From assembly GCA_013822395.1 (NCBI GenBank), contig PNKK01000010.1, positions 4,470-68,469 of the forward strand: a stretch of DNA of 64,000 nt. The letters run 5' to 3'. This DNA comes from Anaerolinea sp. (GTDB lineage: Bacteria > Chloroflexota > Limnocylindria > Limnocylindrales > CSP1-4). Made by a program: the position numbers and the translations under genes. Below the pieces are notes generated by a model that saw only the letters and a program-made list of their open reading frames with translations, was not told where the DNA came from and did not search any database. This document shows positions 27,670 through 36,313 of the stretch, in pieces (the first letter of the stretch is position 1; each line of letters begins with the position of its first letter).

Positions 27670-28433
27670 GAGACGGGATCCAGCTCGACGGTCCGATCGC
27701 TGCCATGGATCGCCGCAGCGACGGCCGAGGTGATCGCATCGAGGTGGGCCTCGATGCCGGCATCGACCAGACCATGCTGATACCGAACGACACAGCCGGT
27801 CGGGGGCAGCGTCGGGTCCGCTCCGAAGCTCCAGCGCTTTCCGAGGTAGCCGGCGCCGTGCCTGGCGTCCCATGCATCGCGGACCCGCTCGACCGCCTGC
27901 GGGTGGAGCTGAATCTGCACGTCGGGCGACCCGTTGGCCACGGTGATCGCCCGCTCGATGGCGGCCACCATGAGCGCAGGATCGGCCTGGATGGCGTCGC
28001 CCAGGATGCGTCGGGTGATCGCCAGGCTGAGGTCCGTGACCCAGCGTGCCAGGGCGGCCCGTTGGGTGGGGGCATCGGCCTCCAACTGGGCCGCGACGGC
28101 TCCCGCGGCCGCAACGGCGGACGCAAGCTCACGCTCGGCCCGGGCCATGCCCGCCTTGAACCCGCGCTTCTCGGCGATGTCGTGCAGTCGGCGCAGGTCG
28201 TCGTCCGCCGGAGGCGCCGGTTCTGCCGCCCGCTCCGTCCGTCCCCGAACGGCGCCCGGCCCGTGCCCGTGGGCGGATGCGGCCCGCCGCGCCGCCCCGC
28301 TCGCCCCGGGGCGCAGGCCGCGCAGGACGACGCCCTCGGCAGGTGCTCGGGATTCCGCCGGCGTGGCCTGGGCTGTGAAACGTTCCCGCGAAGCCGCGCC
28401 GGCGCCCGACAGCACCCGCTCAGATGAGAGCAT
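27666..28433 (-). CDS. fliH: Flagellar assembly protein FliH
   Basis: Between fliG and fliI; AEKRGFKAG (AxxxGxxxG), IQLHPQ, ADPTLPPTGCVV. Confidence 0.85.
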   Translation of the reverse strand: MLSSERVLSGAGAASRERFTAQATPAESRAPAEGVVLRGLRPGASGAARRAASAHGHGPGAVRGRTERAAEPAPPADDDLRRLHDIAEKRGFKAGMARAERELASAVAAAGAVAAQLEADAPTQRAALARWVTDLSLAITRRILGDAIQADPALMVAAIERAITVANGSPDVQIQLHPQAVERVRDAWDARHGAGYLGKRWSFGADPTLPPTGCVVRYQHGLVDAGIEAHLDAITSAVAAAIHGSDRTVELDPVS

Positions 28434-29433
28434 CGTCGCCACCCCCGCCGCGGTTGATGACGATCTCGTCCTTGTCCTCGAGCTCCCTGATGACGCCGAC
28501 GATTCGACCCTGCGCCTCCTCGACGTGCTTGAGGCGAACCTGCCCGGACAGCGACATCTCCTCGCGGAGGGTCTCCGCGGCGCGCTGGGACATGTTCCCG
28601 AAGAACTTCTCACGGACCGCCTCCGTCGCCGATCGGAGGGCCAGGGCCATGTCCTTCTGGTCGAGCTCGCGAATGACGCGCTGCATCGAGCGGTCGTCGA
28701 GCATGACCACGTCCTCGAAGACGAACATGAACCGGCGAACCTCCTCTGCGAGCTCGGAGTCAAGCTCTCCGAGCGCGGCAAGGATCTGCTTCTCGGTGCT
28801 TCGGTCGACCTGATTGAGCACATGCGCCAGCGGTCGCGCTCCGCCCATGACGGCGGTCTCGGTCTTCACGCTGGAGATGCGCCGACGCAGGCCGTCCTCC
28901 ACGACCGCCAGGGCTTCGGGGCTGGTCTGCTCGGTGAGTGCGATCCGTCGCGCCACGTCGACCTGCAGGTCGGCCTCAAGGCCGATCAGCACGGCGGCTG
29001 CCGGGCGCGGTGGCAGGTGGGCGAGGACCAGCGCGATCGTCTGCGGGTGCTCGGTCGTCAGCATCTCGGCGAGCTGGACCGGATCGGCGCCGATGAGGAA
29101 CTCGAAGGGCACGATCCGCTGCGCGAGGTTCACGCGATCGAGCATCTCGCGTCCCCGGCCCTCACCGAAGGCCTGGACGAACAGCTGCGCCGCGTACTCC
29201 TCGCCGCCGGGCAGAACGCCGCCATGTGCCAGCAGGCCGGCATAGGTCTCCTCGAGGACCGCATCCCGAACCTCGGGGTCGAGCAGCGGGGTCCGCATGA
29301 GCTCGGTCGCGACCCGTTCGATGGCGTCCTGGGGCAGGCGCGACAGCAGCTTGGCCGCCGCGTCGGTCCCCAGGGCGATCAGCAGCGCGGCGACTTTTCG
29401 CGATCCCGGTTGGGCAATCGCCTGGTCGGTCAT
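28420..29433 (-). CDS. fliG: Flagellar motor switch protein FliG
   Basis: GSRKVAALLIALG, GGEEYA, EHPQTIALVLAHL, MFVFEDV, NMSQRAAETLREE. Confidence 0.97.
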   Translation of the reverse strand: MTDQAIAQPGSRKVAALLIALGTDAAAKLLSRLPQDAIERVATELMRTPLLDPEVRDAVLEETYAGLLAHGGVLPGGEEYAAQLFVQAFGEGRGREMLDRVNLAQRIVPFEFLIGADPVQLAEMLTTEHPQTIALVLAHLPPRPAAAVLIGLEADLQVDVARRIALTEQTSPEALAVVEDGLRRRISSVKTETAVMGGARPLAHVLNQVDRSTEKQILAALGELDSELAEEVRRFMFVFEDVVMLDDRSMQRVIRELDQKDMALALRSATEAVREKFFGNMSQRAAETLREEMSLSGQVRLKHVEEAQGRIVGVIRELEDKDEIVINRGGGGDDALI

Positions 29434-31133
29434 CGGCGGGAGCCGTCTTCTCGGAGCCAGCCGTGCATCAGCCCGACGAGGGCGTCCGGCTTCTCGTCGG
29501 CCACGCGCCGCAGGCGCTCCTGGATCTGCGCCTGAGCGCTGTCATCCGGCGCTGGCGCCGCGAGCATCGAGCGGCGGTCGTCTACGCCCGCGAGCTCTCT
29601 CTGGGCGCCCGCCTGGAGGGGATGGGCATGCCGACGGGGTGGCTCGGCCAGGAGCAGCGCCTCCTCGGAGCGTCGGCCAAGAGCCCGCAGGTTGCGCCAG
29701 AGCAGGAGCAACAGGACGAGTCCGATGATGATGGCCACGGCGGTCGTGAGGATCTGGGGCAGGACCTCGGCGGCCTGGGACAGCGGATCGCTGACCGCTT
29801 CGAGTGCGGGCGAGGCGAAGGCGACGGCGGTCACTGAGACGACGTCGCCCCGGGTCGCATCGGCACCGATTGCCGCCTCGATGGCTGCCTGCAGCTTGGT
29901 GGTCGAGATTCCCGCCGCGGCTTTCTCATCGACGAGAACCGCGACGCTCAGGCGCTCCAGCAGGCCGGGTTCGCGCACGATCTTCTCGACCCTCTGGGAC
30001 AGGCTGTAGTTGACGGTCACATCCTCGCGGCCGTACGCGGCCGGGGACGGTGACGGAGAGGCGCTTGAACCCGGCGACGCGCTCGGCGCGGGCGACGAAC
30101 CCGGCGACGCGCTCGGCGCGGGCGACGAACCCGGCGACGCGCTCGGCGCGGGCGACGAACCCGGCGCGGGCGACGAACCCACGAGCGGGTAGGTCGGCAG
30201 GCCCGGGATGTTCGACGAGACGCCAGGGATCCCGCCGGTCCCGGTGGTTGCCTCTCCGCTGAGCGTTTCGCGATTCCAGCTCACGCTCACGGGAGTCCAG
30301 GCACCCTCGGAGATCGGGGTATAGGTGGTGATCTGCTGCTCGATCTTGGAGCTGTCGAGTCTCGCCGAGACGGCGACCGAGGCGCTCCCCGGGCCGATCG
30401 CCCGGTCGACGAGCGCCCTGACCTTGGCCTCGATCGCGCGCTCGACCGCATCCTGGGCGACCATGACCTCGGACCCGTCGCCCAGCTGTGGGCCGGCCAG
30501 GATCCGGCCGTACTCGTCGATGACGGTGACGTTGTCTGACGAAAGCCCGGTCACCGAGCTGGCGATCGTGCTGACGATGCCGCGAACCATGGCGCGATCG
30601 GGTTGACCGCCGTCCTTCATCGCGATGACGACGGAGGCCGTTGCCGGGCGGTCGTTCTCCGACAGGAGTCCAAGCTGCTCGGCGACGATCGTCACCCTGG
30701 CGCTGGCGACGCCATCGAGCGATTGGAGGGTGCGCGCGAGCTCGCCCTCCTGCGCCCGCTGGTAGGTGACCTGCTGGTCGAACTCGGTCATGCCGAAGTT
30801 GCTCTTGTCGAACAGCTCCATGCCGGGAGCACCGCCGCCCGGCAGGACGCCGGCCTGGCTCGCGGCGACACGCGCCTGGGCGAGCGACGAGGCCGGGACG
30901 AGGACGGTGGCCCCCGCGTCGGCGATCTGGAAGTCGATCTTGGCCGAACGCAGGGCGTCGCTGATCGCCCCGGCCTCCGCCGCCGACAGCCTGGTGAAGG
31001 CGGGCTGAAAGTCCGGAGCAGCGGCCACGCTGACGAAGACGACGAGCGCCACGGCGGATGCCACGGCGGCGCCCGCGATCCAGACGCGCTGGATGGGCGA
31101 GAGCTGACGGAGGACGGCCTCGAGAGCGTTCAC
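29430..31133 (-). CDS. fliF: Flagellar MS-ring protein
   Basis: GMELFDKSNFGMTEFDQQVTYQRAQEGELARTL, ATASVVI, ERLSVAVLVD; two TM segments. Confidence 0.95.
   Translation of the reverse strand: MNALEAVLRQLSPIQRVWIAGAAVASAVALVVFVSVAAAPDFQPAFTRLSAAEAGAISDALRSAKIDFQIADAGATVLVPASSLAQARVAASQAGVLPGGGAPGMELFDKSNFGMTEFDQQVTYQRAQEGELARTLQSLDGVASARVTIVAEQLGLLSENDRPATASVVIAMKDGGQPDRAMVRGIVSTIASSVTGLSSDNVTVIDEYGRILAGPQLGDGSEVMVAQDAVERAIEAKVRALVDRAIGPGSASVAVSARLDSSKIEQQITTYTPISEGAWTPVSVSWNRETLSGEATTGTGGIPGVSSNIPGLPTYPLVGSSPAPGSSPAPSASPGSSPAPSASPGSSPAPSASPGSSASPSPSPAAYGREDVTVNYSLSQRVEKIVREPGLLERLSVAVLVDEKAAAGISTTKLQAAIEAAIGADATRGDVVSVTAVAFASPALEAVSDPLSQAAEVLPQILTTAVAIIIGLVLLLLLWRNLRALGRRSEEALLLAEPPRRHAHPLQAGAQRELAGVDDRRSMLAAPAPDDSAQAQIQERLRRVADEKPDALVGLMHGWLREDGSRR
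30067..30180. repeat. 30-bp coding tandem repeat in fliF (SPGSSPAPSA, three copies plus a partial)
   Basis: GAACCCGGCGACGCGCTCGGCGCGGGCGAC x3. Confidence 0.93.
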
Positions 31134-31143
31134 GGGTCAGTCC

Positions 31144-31530
31144 TCAGACCTGCAGCCGCATGATGTCCTGGTACGCTTCGAGGAGCCGATCCCGGATCTG
31201 GACGCCCAGCTTCACCTGGAGCGAGGCTTCCTGCATCTGCAGGATCACCGTCTGGAGGTCGGCGGATCCACCGGCGGCAAAGGTGGCCATCGCCTTGTCG
31301 GCGCTCACCAGGTCGGCGTTGAGCTGGGCGGTCGCCGCGCCGATGGCGTCGAGGAACGAGCCTCCCCCGCCCGCCTGCGTGGGTCCGCCGGCGCCGCCAC
31401 CGGCCGCGCCGGTGCCGATGGCGGGCGCGCCGATCGAGCTGCTGCCGGACAGCGACGACCCGACCGTACCGCCAGCGCTGCTCCCACGCCACAGGTCGGC
31501 CGGGATGCCCCCGATCGGTCCGATGCTCAT
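31144..31530 (-). CDS. fliE: Flagellar hook-basal body protein FliE
   Basis: SFLDAIG...ASLQVKLGVQIRDRLLEAYQDIMRLQV. Confidence 0.95.
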   Translation of the reverse strand: MSIGPIGGIPADLWRGSSAGGTVGSSLSGSSSIGAPAIGTGAAGGGAGGPTQAGGGGSFLDAIGAATAQLNADLVSADKAMATFAAGGSADLQTVILQMQEASLQVKLGVQIRDRLLEAYQDIMRLQV

Positions 31531-31535
31531 CGCTC

Positions 31536-31943
31536 TTACCGACCGATCTCGAGCGCGTCGAGGGCCGTCTGCTTGGCCGCCGCCGCGACTGTGGCGTTGA
31601 CCTGGTAGGCACGGGCCGCCCCCATGATGTCCGTCAGCTCGGCGGCGACGTCCACGTTCGGGTAGGCCACATAGCCCTGGGCGTCGGCATCCGGGTGGGT
31701 CGGATCGAAGACTCGGACATCGCCGCCCCCGGGTGCCACGATGGCCATGCCGCGCACGCCGGTTGCGGACGGGCTTGAGCCCACCTGCACCGGTCCGAAG
31801 ACGACGCGTTCGGCCCGATAGGGCCCGCCGGCCACCGTCCGCGTCGTCTGGGCGTTGGCGAGGTTGCTCGCAGCGATATCCATCCGCAGGCGTTGGGCGG
31901 TCAGGCCCGAGCTCGCAATCCGGAGGGTGTCGAAGACGCTCAT
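31536..31943 (-). CDS. flgC: Flagellar basal-body rod protein FlgC
   Basis: IASSGLTAQRLRMDIAASNLANAQTT, FDPTHPDADAQGYVAYPNVD, ARAYQVN. Confidence 0.96.
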   Translation of the reverse strand: MSVFDTLRIASSGLTAQRLRMDIAASNLANAQTTRTVAGGPYRAERVVFGPVQVGSSPSATGVRGMAIVAPGGGDVRVFDPTHPDADAQGYVAYPNVDVAAELTDIMGAARAYQVNATVAAAAKQTALDALEIGR

Positions 31944-32103
31944 GGCCGGTTCATTCCTTGGTGTGGCTCGCTGACGAGGCCAATCCTCGGTCGAGTCCTG
32001 GCGGTTCGGTATCGGGGAACACCAGTAGATGGCGCACCCGAACCGCCGCTCCGTTGCCCTCTGGCGACAGCGTCGCCTGGTGGAGGCGGGGTACACTGCC
32101 TCG

Positions 32104-33552
32104 GTGAGCCCGTCTGCCGTCGAGCGCATCTTGGCCGCTGCCGAGATCTGGCGCTCCGGCGCAGATCCGGCCGGTGGCCCGGTCGGATCCATGGCCGGCA
32201 CGCCGCACCGGAGCTCGTCCGAACCGGGGCCCGTCGCAGCGCGACTCGTGGTCGGCTGGGAGGCGGCCTACCCGTTCTGTGCGGCGATCTGCTCGACCGC
32301 CGCCGGACTCGACTTCTGCCGTCGGTGTCCCGAGGTCGTCGTCGCGTCGGTCCTCGCAACGCGCCGCCCGGCCGGTGGAACATGCGGGGCGGGTGTCCGC
32401 CTGCTGGCCTTTCCGGTGCCGACGGATGATCGCCGTTCGGCCGAGGTCGTCGTCCTCCGCGTGGGCCATCCGACTGCCCGGCAGGTGGCAAAGATGGGCT
32501 CGATCGCCCACGTTCCGCCCGCTTCGCTCCGTCGGGCCGCCCACGAGTCCCCCCCGAGCCGCGGGGGCGACGTCCTGCGCGCCGCCCATCGACTCCGATC
32601 GGCCGCCGGGAGGCTGGAATGGCAGGTGGTCGAACGCGAGCGTAGCGCGGACCGCCAGCGTGCCGCCTCCGCGACCCTCGCCCAGTTCATCGTCGCGACG
32701 GAGGAGTTCCAGGCCCTCTATCGCAGCGCGGACCGCCAGCGGCGCGAGCTTCAACGGGCTCGCGACACGGCCGATCGGCTTGCCCGCGAAGCCGTTCGTG
32801 TCCGCCAGCGCGAGCACGCGCGCATTGCGCACCAGATCCACGACACGGCCGCCCAGTCGATGGTCAGCGCGGTCCGCTTCCTTGACGCGGCAGTCAGCGA
32901 ACTGCGTGCCTGGGAAGCGTCTCGATCGCACCAGGCCGGGCAGAGCGAAGCCGGGCAAGCCGTTCGGCACGGCGCGGACAAGGGCGGGCTGGCGCTCGTG
33001 GCCGGCCATCTCGACCTGGCGCAGGAGCGTCTCCGAGCGGCCATCCACGAGATTCGCATGACCCTGGATGAGCTCACCCCGGCCGGCCTCGAGCAGGGGC
33101 TGGATCAGGCCGTCCGCTTTCGCCACCGGGACCTGCTCGTGGAAACAGGCCTGAACGGAAGCGTCCAGGGGACCCTGCCCCGCCTGGAGCCGTGGGTCGA
33201 GCAGGTGGTCTACGGGATGGTCACCGAGGCGATGACCAACGCGGCGCGGCACTCGGGCGGGCAGAGCCTCTCGGTTGACTGCTCGACGGTGCGCGATCGG
33301 GTCGTGATCGTGGTCCGTGATGACGGGATCGGGACGTCCGGCTGGGGCGATCGCTCCGCCGCTCGTCGCCGGGGCGGCGGTGGCGGGCTGGGCATCGCCG
33401 GCCTTGTACGCCAGACGCGCTGGCTGGGCGGCACGGTCGCGTTCCGGGACCGATCGGGGGGCGGAACCGCGGTCAGGATCTCCGTTCCGCTCTCGCGCCA
33501 CCTTCCGAAGCGACCGGGAGCGGACGACGGGCCGGTGGAGACGTCGGCATGA
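32104..33552 (+). CDS. Cytoplasmic HisKA_3 histidine kinase with N-terminal PocR-like Cys-rich sensor
   Basis: PFCAAIC...DFCRRC...GTCGAGVRLLAFPV; RIAHQIHDTAAQ; EAMTNAARHS, VRDDGIG, GLGIAG. Start GTG 32104 (TACACT 6 nt upstream); the ORF track starts at 32029. Confidence 0.85.
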   Translation: MSPSAVERILAAAEIWRSGADPAGGPVGSMAGTPHRSSSEPGPVAARLVVGWEAAYPFCAAICSTAAGLDFCRRCPEVVVASVLATRRPAGGTCGAGVRLLAFPVPTDDRRSAEVVVLRVGHPTARQVAKMGSIAHVPPASLRRAAHESPPSRGGDVLRAAHRLRSAAGRLEWQVVERERSADRQRAASATLAQFIVATEEFQALYRSADRQRRELQRARDTADRLAREAVRVRQREHARIAHQIHDTAAQSMVSAVRFLDAAVSELRAWEASRSHQAGQSEAGQAVRHGADKGGLALVAGHLDLAQERLRAAIHEIRMTLDELTPAGLEQGLDQAVRFRHRDLLVETGLNGSVQGTLPRLEPWVEQVVYGMVTEAMTNAARHSGGQSLSVDCSTVRDRVVIVVRDDGIGTSGWGDRSAARRRGGGGGLGIAGLVRQTRWLGGTVAFRDRSGGGTAVRISVPLSRHLPKRPGADDGPVETSA

Positions 33553-34223
33553 GCGGACGGCGCGTCTCCGTCCTGCTGATCGATGACCACGAGCTGGCAC
33601 GACGCGGCCTCGAGGCGATGCTGGCGACGGCCGGCTGGATCACCGTTCTCGGCGGGGCGCCCGACTGTCTCAGTGGCCTGGAAGCCGTGGAGCGTCTTCG
33701 GCCGGATATCGTGGTGCTGGACATCAAGATGCCCGAGATCAACGGGCTGGAGTGCCTGGAGCGCCTGAAGGGGCTCGGCAGGCCCGTCGCCGTGGTCATC
33801 CTGACCCTCTACGACGATCGCCGCTACGTGATCGAGGCGATCCGCCGCGGGGCAGCCGGCTACCTGCTCAAGGACGCCGTGGCCGCGGAGGTCATCGCGA
33901 CGCTCCGCGATGTCGCGGATGGCCGCCTGGCGATCGAGCCGACGCTGTTGCGCGAGGCGCTTGCCGGGGACCTGGAGCCTCGTCCCGAGGGGAGCGTGGC
34001 CCGCACGCGCGCGGCCGAATTGTCGATCACCCCGCGGGAGCTCGAGGTGCTGGGCGCTCTTGCCGAGGGCATGACGAACAAGGAGATCGGCGGGGGCCTC
34101 GGGATCTCCGAGGACACCGTCAAGAAGCACGTCCAGAACCTGATCTGGAAGCTTCGCGCCGCCGATCGGACTCAGGCCGCGGTCATTGCCATCCGGACGG
34201 GGCTCCTCGACCTCGACCAGTGA
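33549..34223 (+). CDS. NarL/LuxR family response regulator
   Basis: LIDDH, VVLDIKMP, GYLLK, ITPRELEVL...GMTNKEIG...TVKKHV. Confidence 0.95.
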   Translation: MSGRRVSVLLIDDHELARRGLEAMLATAGWITVLGGAPDCLSGLEAVERLRPDIVVLDIKMPEINGLECLERLKGLGRPVAVVILTLYDDRRYVIEAIRRGAAGYLLKDAVAAEVIATLRDVADGRLAIEPTLLREALAGDLEPRPEGSVARTRAAELSITPRELEVLGALAEGMTNKEIGGGLGISEDTVKKHVQNLIWKLRAADRTQAAVIAIRTGLLDLDQ

Positions 34224-34255
34224 GCCGCCCCGACTACCGGGGAATGCCCTCAAAT

Positions 34256-34283
34256 TCAAGGCGAGATGAGAGGTTGCCGACAC
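34256..34283 (+). promoter_or_regulatory. Putative sigma28 promoter (flaG)
   Basis: TCAAG-N15-GCCGACAC. Confidence 0.65.
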
Positions 34284-34293
34284 CTCGATCACC

Positions 34294-34587
34294 ATGGCGG
34301 ACCTGCTCAGCCCGATCAGCACCGAAGCCCCGGTCGTGTCCGGACCAGGGCGTCCGGCACGGGTGCGGCCCGGAGGGGGTGCGCCGGACGCGTTCCTGAA
34401 GCAGGCGGGCCCCGATGTTCGAGTGAACGGGCCCGCCGGTCCCCTGGCGCTGTTCGCGGTCTTCACCGTGGACCCGGAGACGGACGAGGTTCAGGTCGCG
34501 GTCTTCGATGAGCGGGGGCTGGTCCGGTTGATCCCGCCGGACAGCGTGTCCGAGATGATCGCCGCGATGAGGGCCTACCGGCCCTGA
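34294..34587 (+). CDS. flaG: FlaG-like flagellar protein
   Basis: FTVDPETDEVQVAVFDERGLVRLIPPD resembles the FlaG core. Confidence 0.75.
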   Translation: MADLLSPISTEAPVVSGPGRPARVRPGGGAPDAFLKQAGPDVRVNGPAGPLALFAVFTVDPETDEVQVAVFDERGLVRLIPPDSVSEMIAAMRAYRP

Positions 34588-34634
34588 CCGAGACTGGCCG
34601 GCGCCGGCGCCGCGGCCCCCGGTCGACGAGCGGC

Positions 34635-34662
34635 TCCAGTCTCGGTCAGGCGCGCCCGATAC
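34635..34662 (+). promoter_or_regulatory. Putative sigma28 promoter (cheC operon)
   Basis: TCCAG-N15-CCCGATAC. Confidence 0.6.
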
Positions 34663-34726
34663 CCAGGAGGGACCCGGCGGTGCAGATCATCCCGCCGCCA
34701 GGTCCCGCCACCGCGAAAGGGCTCCC

Positions 34727-35371
34727 ATGACGCTCACCACCGGATCGCCCGTTGGGCAGACGATCCTGGCCACGATCTTCCTCAACGCCATGGCGCGCGC
34801 GGGCGACGCCCTCGCAGGAATGAGCGGCCATGACATCGTGGTCCGGGCGGCCGAGGTGCGGATGCGTCGAGCCAACGAGGTCGTCGATGATTGCGGCGGG
34901 CCCGATGCAGTCGTTGCCGGTGTCTATGTCGGGATCACCGGACCCCTGCATGGGCACGCCCTGATGCTTCTCTCCCCGGATGGCGCCCGGCGGTTCGCCG
35001 CGCTCCTCCTGGAGGGGGTCCTCGAGCCGGGCGAGGCCCTTCCCGGGCCGGACGGCGAGCTCGCCCTCGGGCCGCTCGAGGCATCGGCCCTCCAGGAGTT
35101 GGGCAATGTCACGATCTCAGCCTGTCTGAACGAGCTCGGGACGTACTTCGAGGAACCGGTCCACCCCACGGTGCCGCAAGCCATCGTGGAGCTTGCCGGC
35201 GCGATCCTCGATGCCGTGCTGGCGGACCTGATCGCCGAGGTCGATCAGGTCCTCTCGGCGCGCACGTCCTTCACGATCGGTGGTGAGTCGATCGACGGCA
35301 CGATCCTGATCCTCCCCGATGCGCCATCCCTCGAGCGCCTCGCCGAGGCCGTCGCCTCGCAGCATCGATGA
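34727..35371 (+). CDS. cheC: CheY-P phosphatase CheC
   Basis: GVYVGITGPLHGHALMLL, SALQELGN, PTVP, GAILDAVL; adjacent to cheD. Confidence 0.85.
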   Translation: MTLTTGSPVGQTILATIFLNAMARAGDALAGMSGHDIVVRAAEVRMRRANEVVDDCGGPDAVVAGVYVGITGPLHGHALMLLSPDGARRFAALLLEGVLEPGEALPGPDGELALGPLEASALQELGNVTISACLNELGTYFEEPVHPTVPQAIVELAGAILDAVLADLIAEVDQVLSARTSFTIGGESIDGTILILPDAPSLERLAEAVASQHR

Positions 35372-35877
35372 CGCTGACGATCCCGGGCGGCGCCCCGGCC
35401 TCGACGATCCCCGGATTGTCGGTCGCCGGCATCGGCGAGATGGTGAGCTCCGCCGATCCCGACCACACCCTGGTCTGCTACGGGCTCGGCTCGTGCGTGG
35501 CCCTCAGCGCCTGGGACCCACGCGTGCGGGCGGCGGCCCTGGCCCATTTCATGTTGCCCTCGGGCAGCAGCAGCGGTCCGCCGGTGAAGTTCGTGGACGA
35601 GGGCTTCGAGCGACTCCTCGACGCCTTTCGGGTGATCGGAGGGTCGCCCGGGCGCGCAGAGTTCAAGGCGGCCGGCGGCGCATCGATGCTGGCGGTCATG
35701 GCCAGCACGCTGGACATCGGCCGCCGGAACATCCAGGCCGTCGAGACCCGCCTGGCCGGCGCCGGACTGCGCATGACCGCGTCCGATCTGGGTGGCTCGG
35801 CCGGGCGAACGGTTCAACTCGCGGTCGGCACCGGCCGACTGCTCATCAAGAGCGTCTCGGGTACGAAGGCGCTATAG
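35368..35877 (+). CDS. cheD: Chemoreceptor glutamine deamidase CheD
   Basis: YGLGSCVAL, AHFMLP, KAAGGASM, DIGRRN, DLGGSAGRTV. Confidence 0.95.
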   Translation: MTLTIPGGAPASTIPGLSVAGIGEMVSSADPDHTLVCYGLGSCVALSAWDPRVRAAALAHFMLPSGSSSGPPVKFVDEGFERLLDAFRVIGGSPGRAEFKAAGGASMLAVMASTLDIGRRNIQAVETRLAGAGLRMTASDLGGSAGRTVQLAVGTGRLLIKSVSGTKAL

Positions 35878-35925
35878 GCAGACCCGGCGGGGCTCGACGC
35901 CGCCATCTCCCGGAGGTCGAACAGC

Positions 35926-36282
35926 ATGGCCAAGATCCTCGTCGTGGACGATGCCGCGTTCATGCGGCTTCGTGCGACCAAGCTCCTGGCGGACGCGGGC
36001 CACGTCGTATACGAGGCGGAGAATGGCCGGCTCGCGGTCGAGGTCTATGCCCGGGAGCGGCCGGACGCGGTCCTGATGGACATCACGATGCCGGAGATGG
36101 ACGGCATGGAGGCGCTCGACGCGATCCGTGGGTCGGATCCCTCGGCCAAGGTCGTCATGCTGACCGCGATGGGCCAGCAGTCGATCGTGATGGACGCGAT
36201 CAAGCGAGGCGCTCGGGACTTCATCGTCAAGCCGTTCACCCCGGACCGGGTCCTGGCCGCGGTCGCAAAGCTCACCGCCTGA
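35926..36282 (+). CDS. cheY: Chemotaxis response regulator CheY
   Basis: MAKILVVDDAAFMR, MDITMPEMDG, TAMGQQSIV, DFIVKPF (Bacillus/Thermotoga-type CheY). Confidence 0.93.
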   Translation: MAKILVVDDAAFMRLRATKLLADAGHVVYEAENGRLAVEVYARERPDAVLMDITMPEMDGMEALDAIRGSDPSAKVVMLTAMGQQSIVMDAIKRGARDFIVKPFTPDRVLAAVAKLTA

Positions 36283-36313
36283 GCCGTCACCCGGTCGACA
36301 GGGACACGCTCGG

